24,000 nt of DNA, taken from positions 174,851 to 198,850 of the forward strand of contig NZ_LNYE01000023.1 in the NCBI RefSeq assembly GCF_001467695.1, given 5' to 3'. Under the pieces are notes generated by a model. The model searched no databases. It had not been told where the DNA came from and saw nothing but the letters and a program-made list of their open reading frames with translations. The DNA comes from Legionella gratiana. Lineage in GTDB: Bacteria > Pseudomonadota > Gammaproteobacteria > Legionellales > Legionellaceae. A program made the position numbers and the translations under genes. Below, piece by piece: positions 9,483-17,286 of this stretch. Numbering within the stretch: the stretch's first letter is position 1; each line of letters begins with the position of its first letter.

Positions 9483-11552
9483 TTATCCTGTTAAACCTAC
9501 AAAAGTTAAGAACAGATCTATTATTTTGATGCCGATGAAGGGAACGATTAATCCACCAAAGCCATAAACGATCACGTTCTTACGCAAGAGCTGTGCCGCA
9601 GGAAGACGTCTATATTTCACCCCTTGTAACGCTAAAGGAATGAGAAAAACAATAATAAGCGCATTAAAAATAACTGCAGAAAGAATAGCGCTTTGAGGTG
9701 TTGCCAGATGCATGATATTTAAGATATTAAGTTCAGGATAGGTACTCGAAAATGCCGCAGGTAAAATAGCAAAATATTTGGCAATATCATTGGCCATACT
9801 AAAAGTAGTGAGTGAACCGCGAGTCATCAGTAGTTGTTTACCAATTTCAACTACTTCAATTAATTTAGTTGGATTCGAATCCAAATCTACTAAATTGCCC
9901 GCTTCCTTTGCTGCTTGTGTTCCTGAATTCATTGCGACGGCAACATCTGCTTGAGCAAGAGCGGGCGCATCATTAGTTCCATCTCCTGTCATCGCTACCA
10001 AATGCCCTTGGGCTTGTAACTCACGAATCAATTTAAGTTTGTCTTCTGGTTTTGCATTAGCAAGAAAATCATCCACTCCTGCTTCACCAGCAATAGAAGC
10101 AGCAGTAAGTGGATTATCTCCAGTAACCATAATCGTTTTAATGCCCATGTGTCTTAATTGAGCAAATCGTTCTCGAATACCACCTTTAATAATATCTTTA
10201 AGACGAATAATCCCGAGTACTTTCTGGTTTTCTACAACAACCAATGCGGTATTTCCTTGTCGTGAAATAATTTCGACGTTTTTTCTCACATTTTCAGGAA
10301 CAATGCTGCCTAACTGATTGATGTACTCTTCAATTGCAGCAAACGAACCTTTCCGAATTTGTCTATTTTCAATGTTGGCACCACTCATGCGCGTTTGAGC
10401 GGTAAAAGGAACAAAAGTTGCGTTGAGTTGCTCCAGTTCTCTGCCGCGTAACTTATATTTTCTTTTGGCTAAAATAACAATACTCCGGCCTTCAGGGGTT
10501 TCATCTGCAAGTGATGCTAATTGTGCCGCATCTGCTAATTCATTAATGGTGACGTTTTCTGCAGGAATAAATTCGGTAGCTTGACGGTTACCTAAAGTAA
10601 TTGTTCCTGTTTTATCAAGCAATAAAACATCAATATCTCCTGCGGCTTCAACTGCACGTCCAGATAAAGCAATAACATTAGCTTGAATCATTCTATCCAT
10701 GCCTGAAATACCAATTGCGGAAAGCAATCCTCCAATTGTAGTTGGTGCTAAACAGACAAAAAGAGCAACTAGCACTGTTATTGAAATTACTTGGCCTGAT
10801 TTGGTTACAAATACACTAAAAATGGAGAAAGAGAGTAGGGTGCTACAAACCACTAAGAATATAATGGTTAACGCAGCGAGTAAGATAGTTAAGGCAAGTT
10901 CATTAGGTGTTTTTTGACGTTTTGAACCTTCTACCAAGGCAATCATTTGATCTAAGAATGTTTCTCCCGGATTAGAAGTAATGCGAATGATCAACCAATC
11001 GGAGATAACTTGAGTCCCTCCGGTTACTGCACTACGATCTCCTCCACTTTCACGAATAACTGGCGCACTTTCGCCAGTTATAGCACTTTCATTAACAGAG
11101 GCAATGCCCTCAATAACCTCTCCATCGCTAGGAATGAAATCACCTGCTTCGACTAAAACCAGATCATTAGTACGTAATTGTGCTGAAGTAACTAGGGTAA
11201 ATTTTGCGTTTTTAGATGCTTTTGTTAATTTTTTTGCTTGAATATCATGTCGTGCTCGACGCAATTCTTGTGCTTGAGCTTTGCCTCGACTTTCTGCTAT
11301 AGCCTCAGCAAAATTAGCGAATAGGAGGGTAAACCAGAGGCATAATGTGATCGCCAGAATAAAAAGAGAAGGGGCCTCTCCTTTTCCTAAAAGTGATTGT
11401 ATAAAAAGTACTGTCGTTATAATTGAGCCTACATATACGGTAAACATCACCGGATTTTTAATTTGTGTGCGTGGCCTGAGTTTGAGAAATGCATCAACTA
11501 GGGCAACTTTAATGATATTCAAATCCCATATTGAATGTAATTTAGTAGCCAT
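9483..11552 (-). CDS. kdpB: potassium-transporting P-type ATPase subunit B
   Basis: 689-aa ORF with the P-type ATPase phosphorylation motif [10 protein letters not shown], plus [25 protein letters not shown] and the N-terminal NPVMF. Its start overlaps the kdpA stop. Confidence 0.95.
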   Translation of the reverse strand: MATKLHSIWDLNIIKVALVDAFLKLRPRTQIKNPVMFTVYVGSIITTVLFIQSLLGKGEAPSLFILAITLCLWFTLLFANFAEAIAESRGKAQAQELRRARHDIQAKKLTKASKNAKFTLVTSAQLRTNDLVLVEAGDFIPSDGEVIEGIASVNESAITGESAPVIRESGGDRSAVTGGTQVISDWLIIRITSNPGETFLDQMIALVEGSKRQKTPNELALTILLAALTIIFLVVCSTLLSFSIFSVFVTKSGQVISITVLVALFVCLAPTTIGGLLSAIGISGMDRMIQANVIALSGRAVEAAGDIDVLLLDKTGTITLGNRQATEFIPAENVTINELADAAQLASLADETPEGRSIVILAKRKYKLRGRELEQLNATFVPFTAQTRMSGANIENRQIRKGSFAAIEEYINQLGSIVPENVRKNVEIISRQGNTALVVVENQKVLGIIRLKDIIKGGIRERFAQLRHMGIKTIMVTGDNPLTAASIAGEAGVDDFLANAKPEDKLKLIRELQAQGHLVAMTGDGTNDAPALAQADVAVAMNSGTQAAKEAGNLVDLDSNPTKLIEVVEIGKQLLMTRGSLTTFSMANDIAKYFAILPAAFSSTYPELNILNIMHLATPQSAILSAVIFNALIIVFLIPLALQGVKYRRLPAAQLLRKNVIVYGFGGLIVPFIGIKIIDLFLTFVGLTG

Positions 11553-13359
11553 ATTTTCCCCAAAGGATCAATTGTTCCACAATAGGGCCTAATGCAAGGG
11601 TTGGTAAAAAAGATAGGGCACCAATGACAATGGTGATACAAACTAACAAAACAATAAAAAGGGGTGTATGAGTTGCCAGGGTACCGGGGCTACTGGGAAT
11701 ATGCTTTTTCTTAACGAGTGAACCAGCAATTGCAAGAGTGGGAATGGCAATCCAATATCGGCTAATTAACATAAGTAAGCCGCCCAGAATATTATAAAAT
11801 GGAGTATTAGCCTTTAAACCCGCAAAGGAACTGCCATTATTATTTCCCATAGAAGTAAATGCATAAAGAATTTCTGTGAAGCCATGTGAACCCGGATTAG
11901 CTATTGAGCTAATACCTGAAGAGGTTACTGAAGCATAAGCAGTTGAGATAAGAACGATTAACGGCATAATCAAAACAGCAATGGAGGCCATTTTCATTTC
12001 ATAAGGTTCAATCTTTTTGCCAAGATATTCGGGAGATCTGCCTACCATAAGACCAGAAACAAATACGGTGATAATGATCATCATAAGCATTCCATATAGT
12101 CCTGAACCTACACCACCAAAACAGACCTCACCTAAATGCATCATCCAAAGAGGAACAACTCCTCCTAATGGGGTAAACGAATCATGCATGGAGTTGACTG
12201 CACCATTGGATGCTGCAGTAGTTGCTGTAGCCCAAATTGTTGAGTTAACAATGCCAAAGCGTGTTTCTTTGCCTTCCATATTGCCAGCCGGGTAAAGATT
12301 AGATATTGGCTGCATATCAATTCCCATGGGTTGAAATGCAGGATTGCCATTTTGTTCCATTACAGTTCCAAGTATTAAAGGCGGAATAAATAGGATTAAC
12401 ATGGTGATTAATACTGCCCATCCTTGCCTCTTATCTCGAACCATCACACCAAAAGTGAAACAAAAAGCTGCTGGAATAAGTAAAAGTGCTGTCATTTCAA
12501 GAAAATTAGTCAGTGGCGTAGGATTTTCGAAGGGATGAGCAGAATTGACATTAAAAAAACCACCGCCATTAGTACCTAATTGTTTAATGGCAATTTGTGA
12601 GGCAGCAGGTCCCATGGGAATAATTTGTTCAGTTATTTTTGCAGAAGTTACTTTAGGATTACCTAGACTATCTAATAGGGGTTGACCTCTTAGGTCTGTA
12701 AGCGGTTGTTGATAAGTAAATGGATGTAGAAGGCTAATCTTTTGATAGGGTTTAAAATTTTGTATGACACCTTGTGAGCATAAGATAAGAGCGAAAATGA
12801 ATGACAATGGAAGTAAGATGTAGAGTATACCGCGTAGGGTATCCACCCAAAAATTACCTAAACCGTGACTTTCATGTTTTGCTAGACTTCGTATTAATGC
12901 GATTAATAAAGACATTCCTGTTGCTGCAGAAATAAAATTTTGTACTGTAAGCGCAAGCATCTGTGTTAAATAGCTCATGGTTGTTTCACCACTGTAGGCT
13001 TGCCAATTAGTATTAGTAGCAAAACTGATGGCAGTATTAAACGCAAGATCAGCTGAGGGGGCTGAGAAATCCTGCGGGTTTAGAGGAAGATAGAATTGTA
13101 TTCTTTGTAAAAGAAAAACTGCTAATACGCCTACTAAATTAACAAAAAGCATCGTTGATAGGTACGTTTTCCATCCCATTTCTTTTTTAGGATCAATCCC
13201 ACATAGTTTATAAATAAGTGACTCAAAAGGTTTTAATAAGGAATCTAATAAACAAGATCGGCCTTGGTATACTCGTGCCATATACCAACCAAGAGGTTTG
13301 ACAAGAAGGAGTAAGAAGATCAAATAGAATGCGATTTGAAGAAAACCAAATTTTGTCAT
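11542..13359 (-). CDS. kdpA: potassium-transporting ATPase subunit A (channel-like)
   Basis: 605-aa polytopic protein collinear with E. coli Kdp[55 protein letters not shown]. It has a roughly 28-aa insertion relative to E. coli, before the IPMGPAASQ segment. Confidence 0.95.
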   Translation of the reverse strand: MTKFGFLQIAFYLIFLLLLVKPLGWYMARVYQGRSCLLDSLLKPFESLIYKLCGIDPKKEMGWKTYLSTMLFVNLVGVLAVFLLQRIQFYLPLNPQDFSAPSADLAFNTAISFATNTNWQAYSGETTMSYLTQMLALTVQNFISAATGMSLLIALIRSLAKHESHGLGNFWVDTLRGILYILLPLSFIFALILCSQGVIQNFKPYQKISLLHPFTYQQPLTDLRGQPLLDSLGNPKVTSAKITEQIIPMGPAASQIAIKQLGTNGGGFFNVNSAHPFENPTPLTNFLEMTALLLIPAAFCFTFGVMVRDKRQGWAVLITMLILFIPPLILGTVMEQNGNPAFQPMGIDMQPISNLYPAGNMEGKETRFGIVNSTIWATATTAASNGAVNSMHDSFTPLGGVVPLWMMHLGEVCFGGVGSGLYGMLMMIIITVFVSGLMVGRSPEYLGKKIEPYEMKMASIAVLIMPLIVLISTAYASVTSSGISSIANPGSHGFTEILYAFTSMGNNNGSSFAGLKANTPFYNILGGLLMLISRYWIAIPTLAIAGSLVKKKHIPSSPGTLATHTPLFIVLLVCITIVIGALSFLPTLALGPIVEQLILWGKYGY

Positions 13360-13383
13360 GGAAATCCTTTTCCCTTTTTATTA

Positions 13384-13470
13384 TTAAAACAATTCAGGTT
13401 TAAATAATACGAATAATAAATAAATTAACAAGCCGAAGGCGATGAGTCCACAGATTAAATAGAGGCTCAT
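13384..13470 (-). CDS. kdpF: potassium-transporting ATPase subunit F (28 aa)
   Basis: Not in the ORF track because it is under 60 aa. My translation is MSLYLICGLIAFGLLIYLLFVLFKPELF*, a single TM helix with the KdpF-typical C-terminal P-E-x-F. An AAGGAG SD lies 7 nt upstream. It ends 24 nt upstream of kdpA, which has its own AAGGA SD. Confidence 0.75.
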   Translation of the reverse strand: MSLYLICGLIAFGLLIYLLFVLFKPELF

Positions 13471-13562
13471 GAATCACTCCTTGATAAGTAATCAAAAAAA
13501 CTAATGATCAAAAAGCACATGCTAAAAAAGAAAACAATAAGAAAAATTAATAAAATATCCAT
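13467..13562 (-). CDS. candidate 31-aa hydrophobic peptide translationally coupled to kdpF (speculative)
   Basis: My translation is MDILLIFLIVFFFSMCFLIISFFDYLSRSDS*. Its TGA overlaps the kdpF ATG (ATGA), and the kdpF SD lies inside it. Its own SD is weak (GAGA), and T-rich DNA readily yields such ORFs by chance. Confidence 0.25.
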   Translation of the reverse strand: MDILLIFLIVFFFSMCFLIISFFDYLSRSDS

Positions 13563-13596
13563 TTTAAGTGTTTCATCTCATTGAAATACATCTCTT

Positions 13597-13733
13597 AATT
13601 ATAACGTGAGTTCGACCTAAAAAATAAAGTAATTTTTTATATCGAACTGTTTCTATTTGGAACTGGATAATGTTCGTTTAGCGACATAAACGGCATTTTT
13701 ATGCTTTTTATGTCCAACTCACGTTAATTATAA
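13597..13733. repeat. MITE-like intergenic repeat, family 1, long copy, in the kdp upstream region
   Basis: Terminal inverted repeats are AACGTGAGTTCGAC (13603-13616) and GTCCAACTCACGTT (13712-13725), flanked by TTAATTATA/TAATTATAA. Hairpin 1 is GTTCGACCTAAAAAAT/ATTTTTTATATCGAAC (13610-13647). Hairpin 2 is GCGACATAAA...TTTATGTCC. Collinear with 3891-3981 and partly with 3341-3377. Confidence 0.75.
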
Positions 13734-13751
13734 GTGAGGAAATTAGAAAAT

Positions 13752-13783
13752 AAAAAAGGCATCCTATAAAAAAATGCCTTTTT
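13752..13783 (-). terminator. rho-independent terminator downstream of the 6S RNA gene (could act in both directions)
   Basis: AAAAAGGCAT (13753-13762) pairs with ATGCCTTTTT (13774-13783) around an 11-nt loop. On the minus strand the stem is followed by TTTTTTATTTT. Confidence 0.65.
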
Positions 13784-13785
13784 GT

Positions 13786-13962
13786 CGAATTCAGAATAGA
13801 CAGTAAGATTGTTAGCAGTCCTAGTTACTATGATGGACTCCTCTGGAGTGTTTTAGGCTTCTTAGTTTATACTAGGCATGCACACCGCACTCTCAATCTG
13901 GCTCCCAAGTAATGATGTTGGCTGAACAATGTGTACTGTCTATGATCTTATGATAGGCCAAT
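13786..13962 (-). ncRNA. ssrS: 6S RNA (ends approximate, +/- about 20 nt)
   Basis: The minus strand reads ...GAGAGUGCGGUGUGCAUGCCUAGUAUAAACUAAGAAGCCUAAAACACUCC... This parallels E. coli 6S GGUGAGCAUGCUCGGUCCGUCCGAGAAGCCUUAAAACUGC in motif order, small hairpin and spacing. There is a long closing helix: AUAGACAGUA (13943-13934) with UACUGUCUAU (13804-13795), AUUGUU/AACAAU and CAG/CUG. An unpaired central region and a downstream terminator complete the picture. Confidence 0.78.
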
Positions 13963-14096
13963 CCTCATAGTAATGCCACTTGGTCTTAATTGTTTTTTGC
14001 AAAGATTGCGTTAAAAAAATAGGATAATCGTAATCTTCAAATATAAAATAGAGCAAAAGCATGCTGTGCTCGAGTCAGTCCGAAAGTAAACTACGT

Positions 14097-14648
14097 TTAA
14101 TTTTTTCTCATGATACCGAAAAATGGAACACTAAGAGTCGGTCTTTTAAACGTTGCATAGCTTCGACTGTTTTTTCCAGTTTGAATAAAAATTTGGGTGT
14201 AATAAAGTTTTCCTTGTTTATCACGAGCAACTCCAATACCTGTCAGATTATAATTACCAACAATATTTCTTTTATGTCCTGGACTATGTAGCCACTGCTT
14301 TACTACTTCTTGGGCACTTTTGTAGTTATAAGCGACATTCTCGGCGCCACCACCCGCGTTTTTAATTTGTGAGCGTAGTGTGGCAATTCGCTTTCCAAAG
14401 TCTTTATGGCCAAAAGGCATGCGATGGGTGGCCATATCCTGAGAATGTTGTTTGGCTTGAATTACAATATGATTATCCATCGTCAGTTTAGATAAGCCAT
14501 GTTGTTGTCTGTATTCATTAATGTAGAATAAAACAGCATTTTGGATGGCTGTATCATTTTCACTATTTTTTGATACAGGTTTCGCATAGGCGTAAGACAA
14601 GAAGCTAAAAACAATAGAACTTAAAATGATTCTAATTTTTAAAGACAT
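14097..14648 (-). CDS. secreted CAP/SCP/PR-1-like (YkwD-type) domain protein
   Basis: 183 aa with signal peptide MSLKIRIILSSIVFSFLSYAYA. CAP-domain hallmarks: HSQDMA...GH, AENVAYNY, WLHSPGHKRNI and a G.G...YYTQIF ending. Confidence 0.75.
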   Translation of the reverse strand: MSLKIRIILSSIVFSFLSYAYAKPVSKNSENDTAIQNAVLFYINEYRQQHGLSKLTMDNHIVIQAKQHSQDMATHRMPFGHKDFGKRIATLRSQIKNAGGGAENVAYNYKSAQEVVKQWLHSPGHKRNIVGNYNLTGIGVARDKQGKLYYTQIFIQTGKNSRSYATFKRPTLSVPFFGIMRKN

Positions 14649-14698
14649 AATATTCTCTTCATTTTGAGTTTCGGCTAAGGAGATCGGCTCATTATCAC

Positions 14699-14872
14699 GA
14701 ACCGTTCGGGCTGAGGAGCACTGCTATTGACTGAAGGGCTTCGTCATTTTCGCGAAAGCGGAAATCCATTTCTATTGGAGCATGGTGTCTACATCAAAAT
14801 GGGTCCCCGCTTTCGCGAGGACGACTACAAGTTCATTAAGTCTATGGCAGGACTCCTCAACCCGAACGAACC
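14699..14872. repeat. nested-palindrome MITE-like repeat, family 2
   Basis: Outer inverted repeat: GAACCGTTCGGGCTGAGGAGCACTGC (14699-14724) with GCAGGACTCCTCAACCCGAACGAACC (14847-14872). Inner inverted repeat: GTCATTTTCGCGAAAGCGG (14743-14761) with CCGCTTTCGCGAGGACGAC (14807-14825). Each inner arm holds a CGC-GAAA-GCG mini-hairpin. Visibly more GC-rich than its surroundings. Confidence 0.7.
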
Positions 14873-15043
14873 TAGATATCGACTGGATCTTATATAACTC
14901 TTATCCGAAACGTTTATTTAGGTAATCAACTCGGATTGAAATAGTGACTAAAATGAAGACAATTGTCCAGATCTATTTAGATATAAATAAATCCAAAAAG
15001 ATTTTAATTGATTCACTTTGTTTGATGATATGGTTTTTACCAT

Positions 15044-15313
15044 TTAATGACTTAAGTTAGTAATCGCCTTTTGTAGATCTTCGACTTCCCCAGAATAATG
15101 AAAGTAAATTCGTTTTTTTGAACAGTCTATAAGGCACAAGGCTTCTTGAGGTTGATCGCCAAATTGTTTAAATACCCAGAATACACCATCGTGATGTTGG
15201 CTTTCTATTTCTTTTAATAAGTCTACCATCTTATCGTTTTCTAGCGCAGAATGAGGACAATTTAAGCCTAATGCATGGTGAGTTATTTTATAGGCATAAT
15301 GTTTTTCTTTCAT
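15044..15313 (-). CDS. hypothetical protein (89 aa)
   Basis: ORF with a GGAG-containing SD region (GGGAGTAC) upstream of the ATG. I recognise no motif. Confidence 0.5.
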   Translation of the reverse strand: MKEKHYAYKITHHALGLNCPHSALENDKMVDLLKEIESQHHDGVFWVFKQFGDQPQEALCLIDCSKKRIYFHYSGEVEDLQKAITNLSH

Positions 15314-15464
15314 GATAGTACTCCCTATAATTTAATGGCGCTAAGTTAAGCGTTTTTTGAGTAAACTCTTCACATATCGACTTCCGATTTGATTAAATTA
15401 TAGTTCAATAGAAGGAGAAGCTAATCTAAAATATTCCTGAGTTTCAGTGTTACGATCCTATTTT

Positions 15465-16094
15465 TTATAGGTTAATAGATAATCCAACCAATAGGGCATG
15501 TAATGTAGGTATATTTGATAATTGTTCCTTATTGTGAGTATCTAAATGAAGATTAGGACCATTACCGCTAAATATTCCCTGATACAATAGACTTAAACTA
15601 GCTAGAGCAGTAATTGGATATCCAAAACCCGCTTGTATTTCACCAGCGAGTTGTGAAATATCATTTAGGGGTGCACGGGTATCTCGCCAGTGTCTGTATG
15701 CAAGTCCACCTTTTAATTGAGCAAAAAAATCACTATTTCCCAATGGATCGCTTTTGGTTGTGATTAATAAATCGAGTGTAGGTGAAAGAGTGGTTTGCAT
15801 TGGAATCCAATTTTTTAGTGCTTGAAATGTTTCTTTTTGCAAGTTCAATTTTATTCGAGTACCCGTTTGCAGCCCTAATTCTAGGCCCAGGGCAATATTG
15901 CCTGCGAGCATCAGTTCATTAGCAAGTGCAAACCTTCCTATGGCCGTATTTTTATTACTAGAATTTACTTGGTAATTACCAGTTCCAGCACTTGCAGAAA
16001 CAGACCATGGCTGATCTTGAGATATTTCTTTAGGGAAATAATTGCCAGCGATTGTATTAAATGATAATAAAATTCCTATTATAATTAACTTCAT
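15465..16094 (-). CDS. putative outer-membrane beta-barrel protein (209 aa)
   Basis: Signal peptide MKLIIIGILLSFNTIAG, followed by alternating hydrophobic/polar segments rich in G, typical of small OMP barrels (LGLELGLQTG, GGLAYRHW, AGFGYPI, ALLVGLSINL). The family was not identified. Confidence 0.55.
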   Translation of the reverse strand: MKLIIIGILLSFNTIAGNYFPKEISQDQPWSVSASAGTGNYQVNSSNKNTAIGRFALANELMLAGNIALGLELGLQTGTRIKLNLQKETFQALKNWIPMQTTLSPTLDLLITTKSDPLGNSDFFAQLKGGLAYRHWRDTRAPLNDISQLAGEIQAGFGYPITALASLSLLYQGIFSGNGPNLHLDTHNKEQLSNIPTLHALLVGLSINL

Positions 16095-16237
16095 TTGTCA
16101 TATCCCTAAATGAATTGTTCATAATCATACTTTGCAGGCTACATACTAAGATGTGTTAGCTCCATCACTGCAAAGTACCTGGGAATGTGAGACATAAAGG
16201 CAGTAGGTTCTCGCCATAATATCAACTACTTTTATTA

Positions 16238-16382
16238 GGGGCTGTTAACAAGTTCACTATCCTGGCCAAAATGGCATGATTTTATCCGTTCCGATGCATA
16301 CTCACATACTTTGAGTATGCTGTATTTCGGTGCTCTAAAATCATGCCATTTTGGCTCAGTCTAGCGAATTGTTAACAGGTCC
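16238..16382. repeat. long imperfect palindrome (~145 bp), family 3, downstream of tRNA-Ser
   Basis: Arm blocks pair as follows: CTGTTAACAA (16242-16251) with TTGTTAACAG (16369-16378); GCCAAAATGGCATGATTTTA (16265-16284) with its perfect 20-nt complement (16336-16355); GCATACTCA (16296-16304) with TGAGTATGC (16312-16320). The loop is 7 nt. Confidence 0.75.
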
Positions 16383-16487
16383 TAAGTAAGAGTCCAACCT
16401 GTACTCAAATCTGACTTTTACCCAAGATGTTTAACTTATGATTAAGAGACAGCTCAAGCATGGGGTCTGACCATTACCTTCTTAATT

Positions 16488-16575
16488 TGGCGGAGAGAGA
16501 GGGATTCGAACCCTCGATACGTTTCCGTATACACACTTTCCAGGCGTGCGCCTTCGACCGCTCGGCCATCTCTCC
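16488..16575 (-). tRNA. tRNA-Ser (anticodon GGA), CCA encoded
   Basis: The reverse complement is GGAGAGATGGCCGAGCGGTCGAAGGCGCACGCCTGGAAAGTGTGTATACGGAAACGTATCGAGGGTTCGAATCCCTCTCTCTCCGCCA. It has a 7-bp acceptor stem, the anticodon loop CUGGAAA, a long variable arm (class II) and the T-loop GGTTCGAATCC. Confidence 0.95.
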
Positions 16576-16764
16576 CAATCGGGCAAGCTTATACAGGTCA
16601 GATGATAAAATCAACCCTTGTTTTATCTTAAATACATAACTTTTAGATGATATTGTATATACTATTAGTAAATAGTTCTAAGGTTGTTACTATTTCTTAG
16701 TATGGGTTTCGTTTTGAGCCCCAAAATAAAAAGATTAATTGCTCTACGCACGAAGGATTCTAAT

Positions 16765-17220
16765 ATGTTAGCACGAATTTTTATTGTCGCTGTAAGTCTT
16801 ATTTCCTCTAATTCACTATGGGCTATTACCTGTTACTATACCTTAGCTAAGGATAATTGTTGGAGTAACTATACTGTGACAGTAGATGTTATGGATGCAG
16901 CAACGGCCAAAGTTTTAACCACAGCAATAATACCGCCTGGAAAGTCTTGGGTGCGTCAATCTTTTCTTTGTGAGCCTGGACAGAAATTAATGTATCGTGC
17001 TCAGTTTTCACCGGCGATATGGGAAAGCGGAAAAGGTGAAAGTTATTATGCTAAAAACTATTGGTCTTTACCCAATGAAGTTAATCCTGGTGATTCAGCG
17101 TGGAATGTTTCTGTGTGTTATCCTTCCGATTTTTCACAAATCCCACTTCCTCCTGACGCTACTGGAACATGTAAGTGTGATTTTGACAGTATTCCAGCAA
17201 TACCACCCAAAAAGATATAA
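16765..17220 (+). CDS. hypothetical secreted Cys-containing protein (151 aa)
   Basis: The ATG at 16765 is preceded by a GAAGGA SD and opens with signal peptide MLARIFIVAVSLISSNSLWA. The TTG start at 16684 in the ORF track is less likely. The mature part has 6 Cys and a Pro-rich tail. It lies 66 nt upstream of the nagZ-like gene on the same strand. Confidence 0.6.
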   Translation: MLARIFIVAVSLISSNSLWAITCYYTLAKDNCWSNYTVTVDVMDAATAKVLTTAIIPPGKSWVRQSFLCEPGQKLMYRAQFSPAIWESGKGESYYAKNYWSLPNEVNPGDSAWNVSVCYPSDFSQIPLPPDATGTCKCDFDSIPAIPPKKI

Positions 17221-17286
17221 ATGGGATTGATCTAAATACGGACTGACTTTTTAGGATTATTCCTATATAAGTTGAGGGGACAATTC

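Noticed and set aside
4369-12538. Antisense or overlapping ORFs inside pntB, pntAA, kdpB and kdpA (4369-4620, 4729-5058, 5200-5391, 5914-6123, 10699-10917, 11281-11592, 12017-12295, 12165-12350, 12344-12538)
   Set aside because: Each lies fully within a strongly supported conserved gene, on the opposite strand or in another frame. None has an SD, and all have low-complexity or odd composition. These are typical shadow ORFs.
14061-14291. 76-aa plus-strand ORF overlapping the CAP-domain gene, and the 16997-17230 ORF overlapping the 151-aa secreted protein gene
   Set aside because: They are alternative-frame or alternative-strand overlaps of better-supported genes, with no independent support.
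13786-16575. Genomic island integrated at tRNA-Ser(GGA)
   Set aside because: I found no integrase or recombinase, no direct repeat of the tRNA 3' end within the window, and no evident compositional shift. The small genes could simply be lineage-specific core genes.
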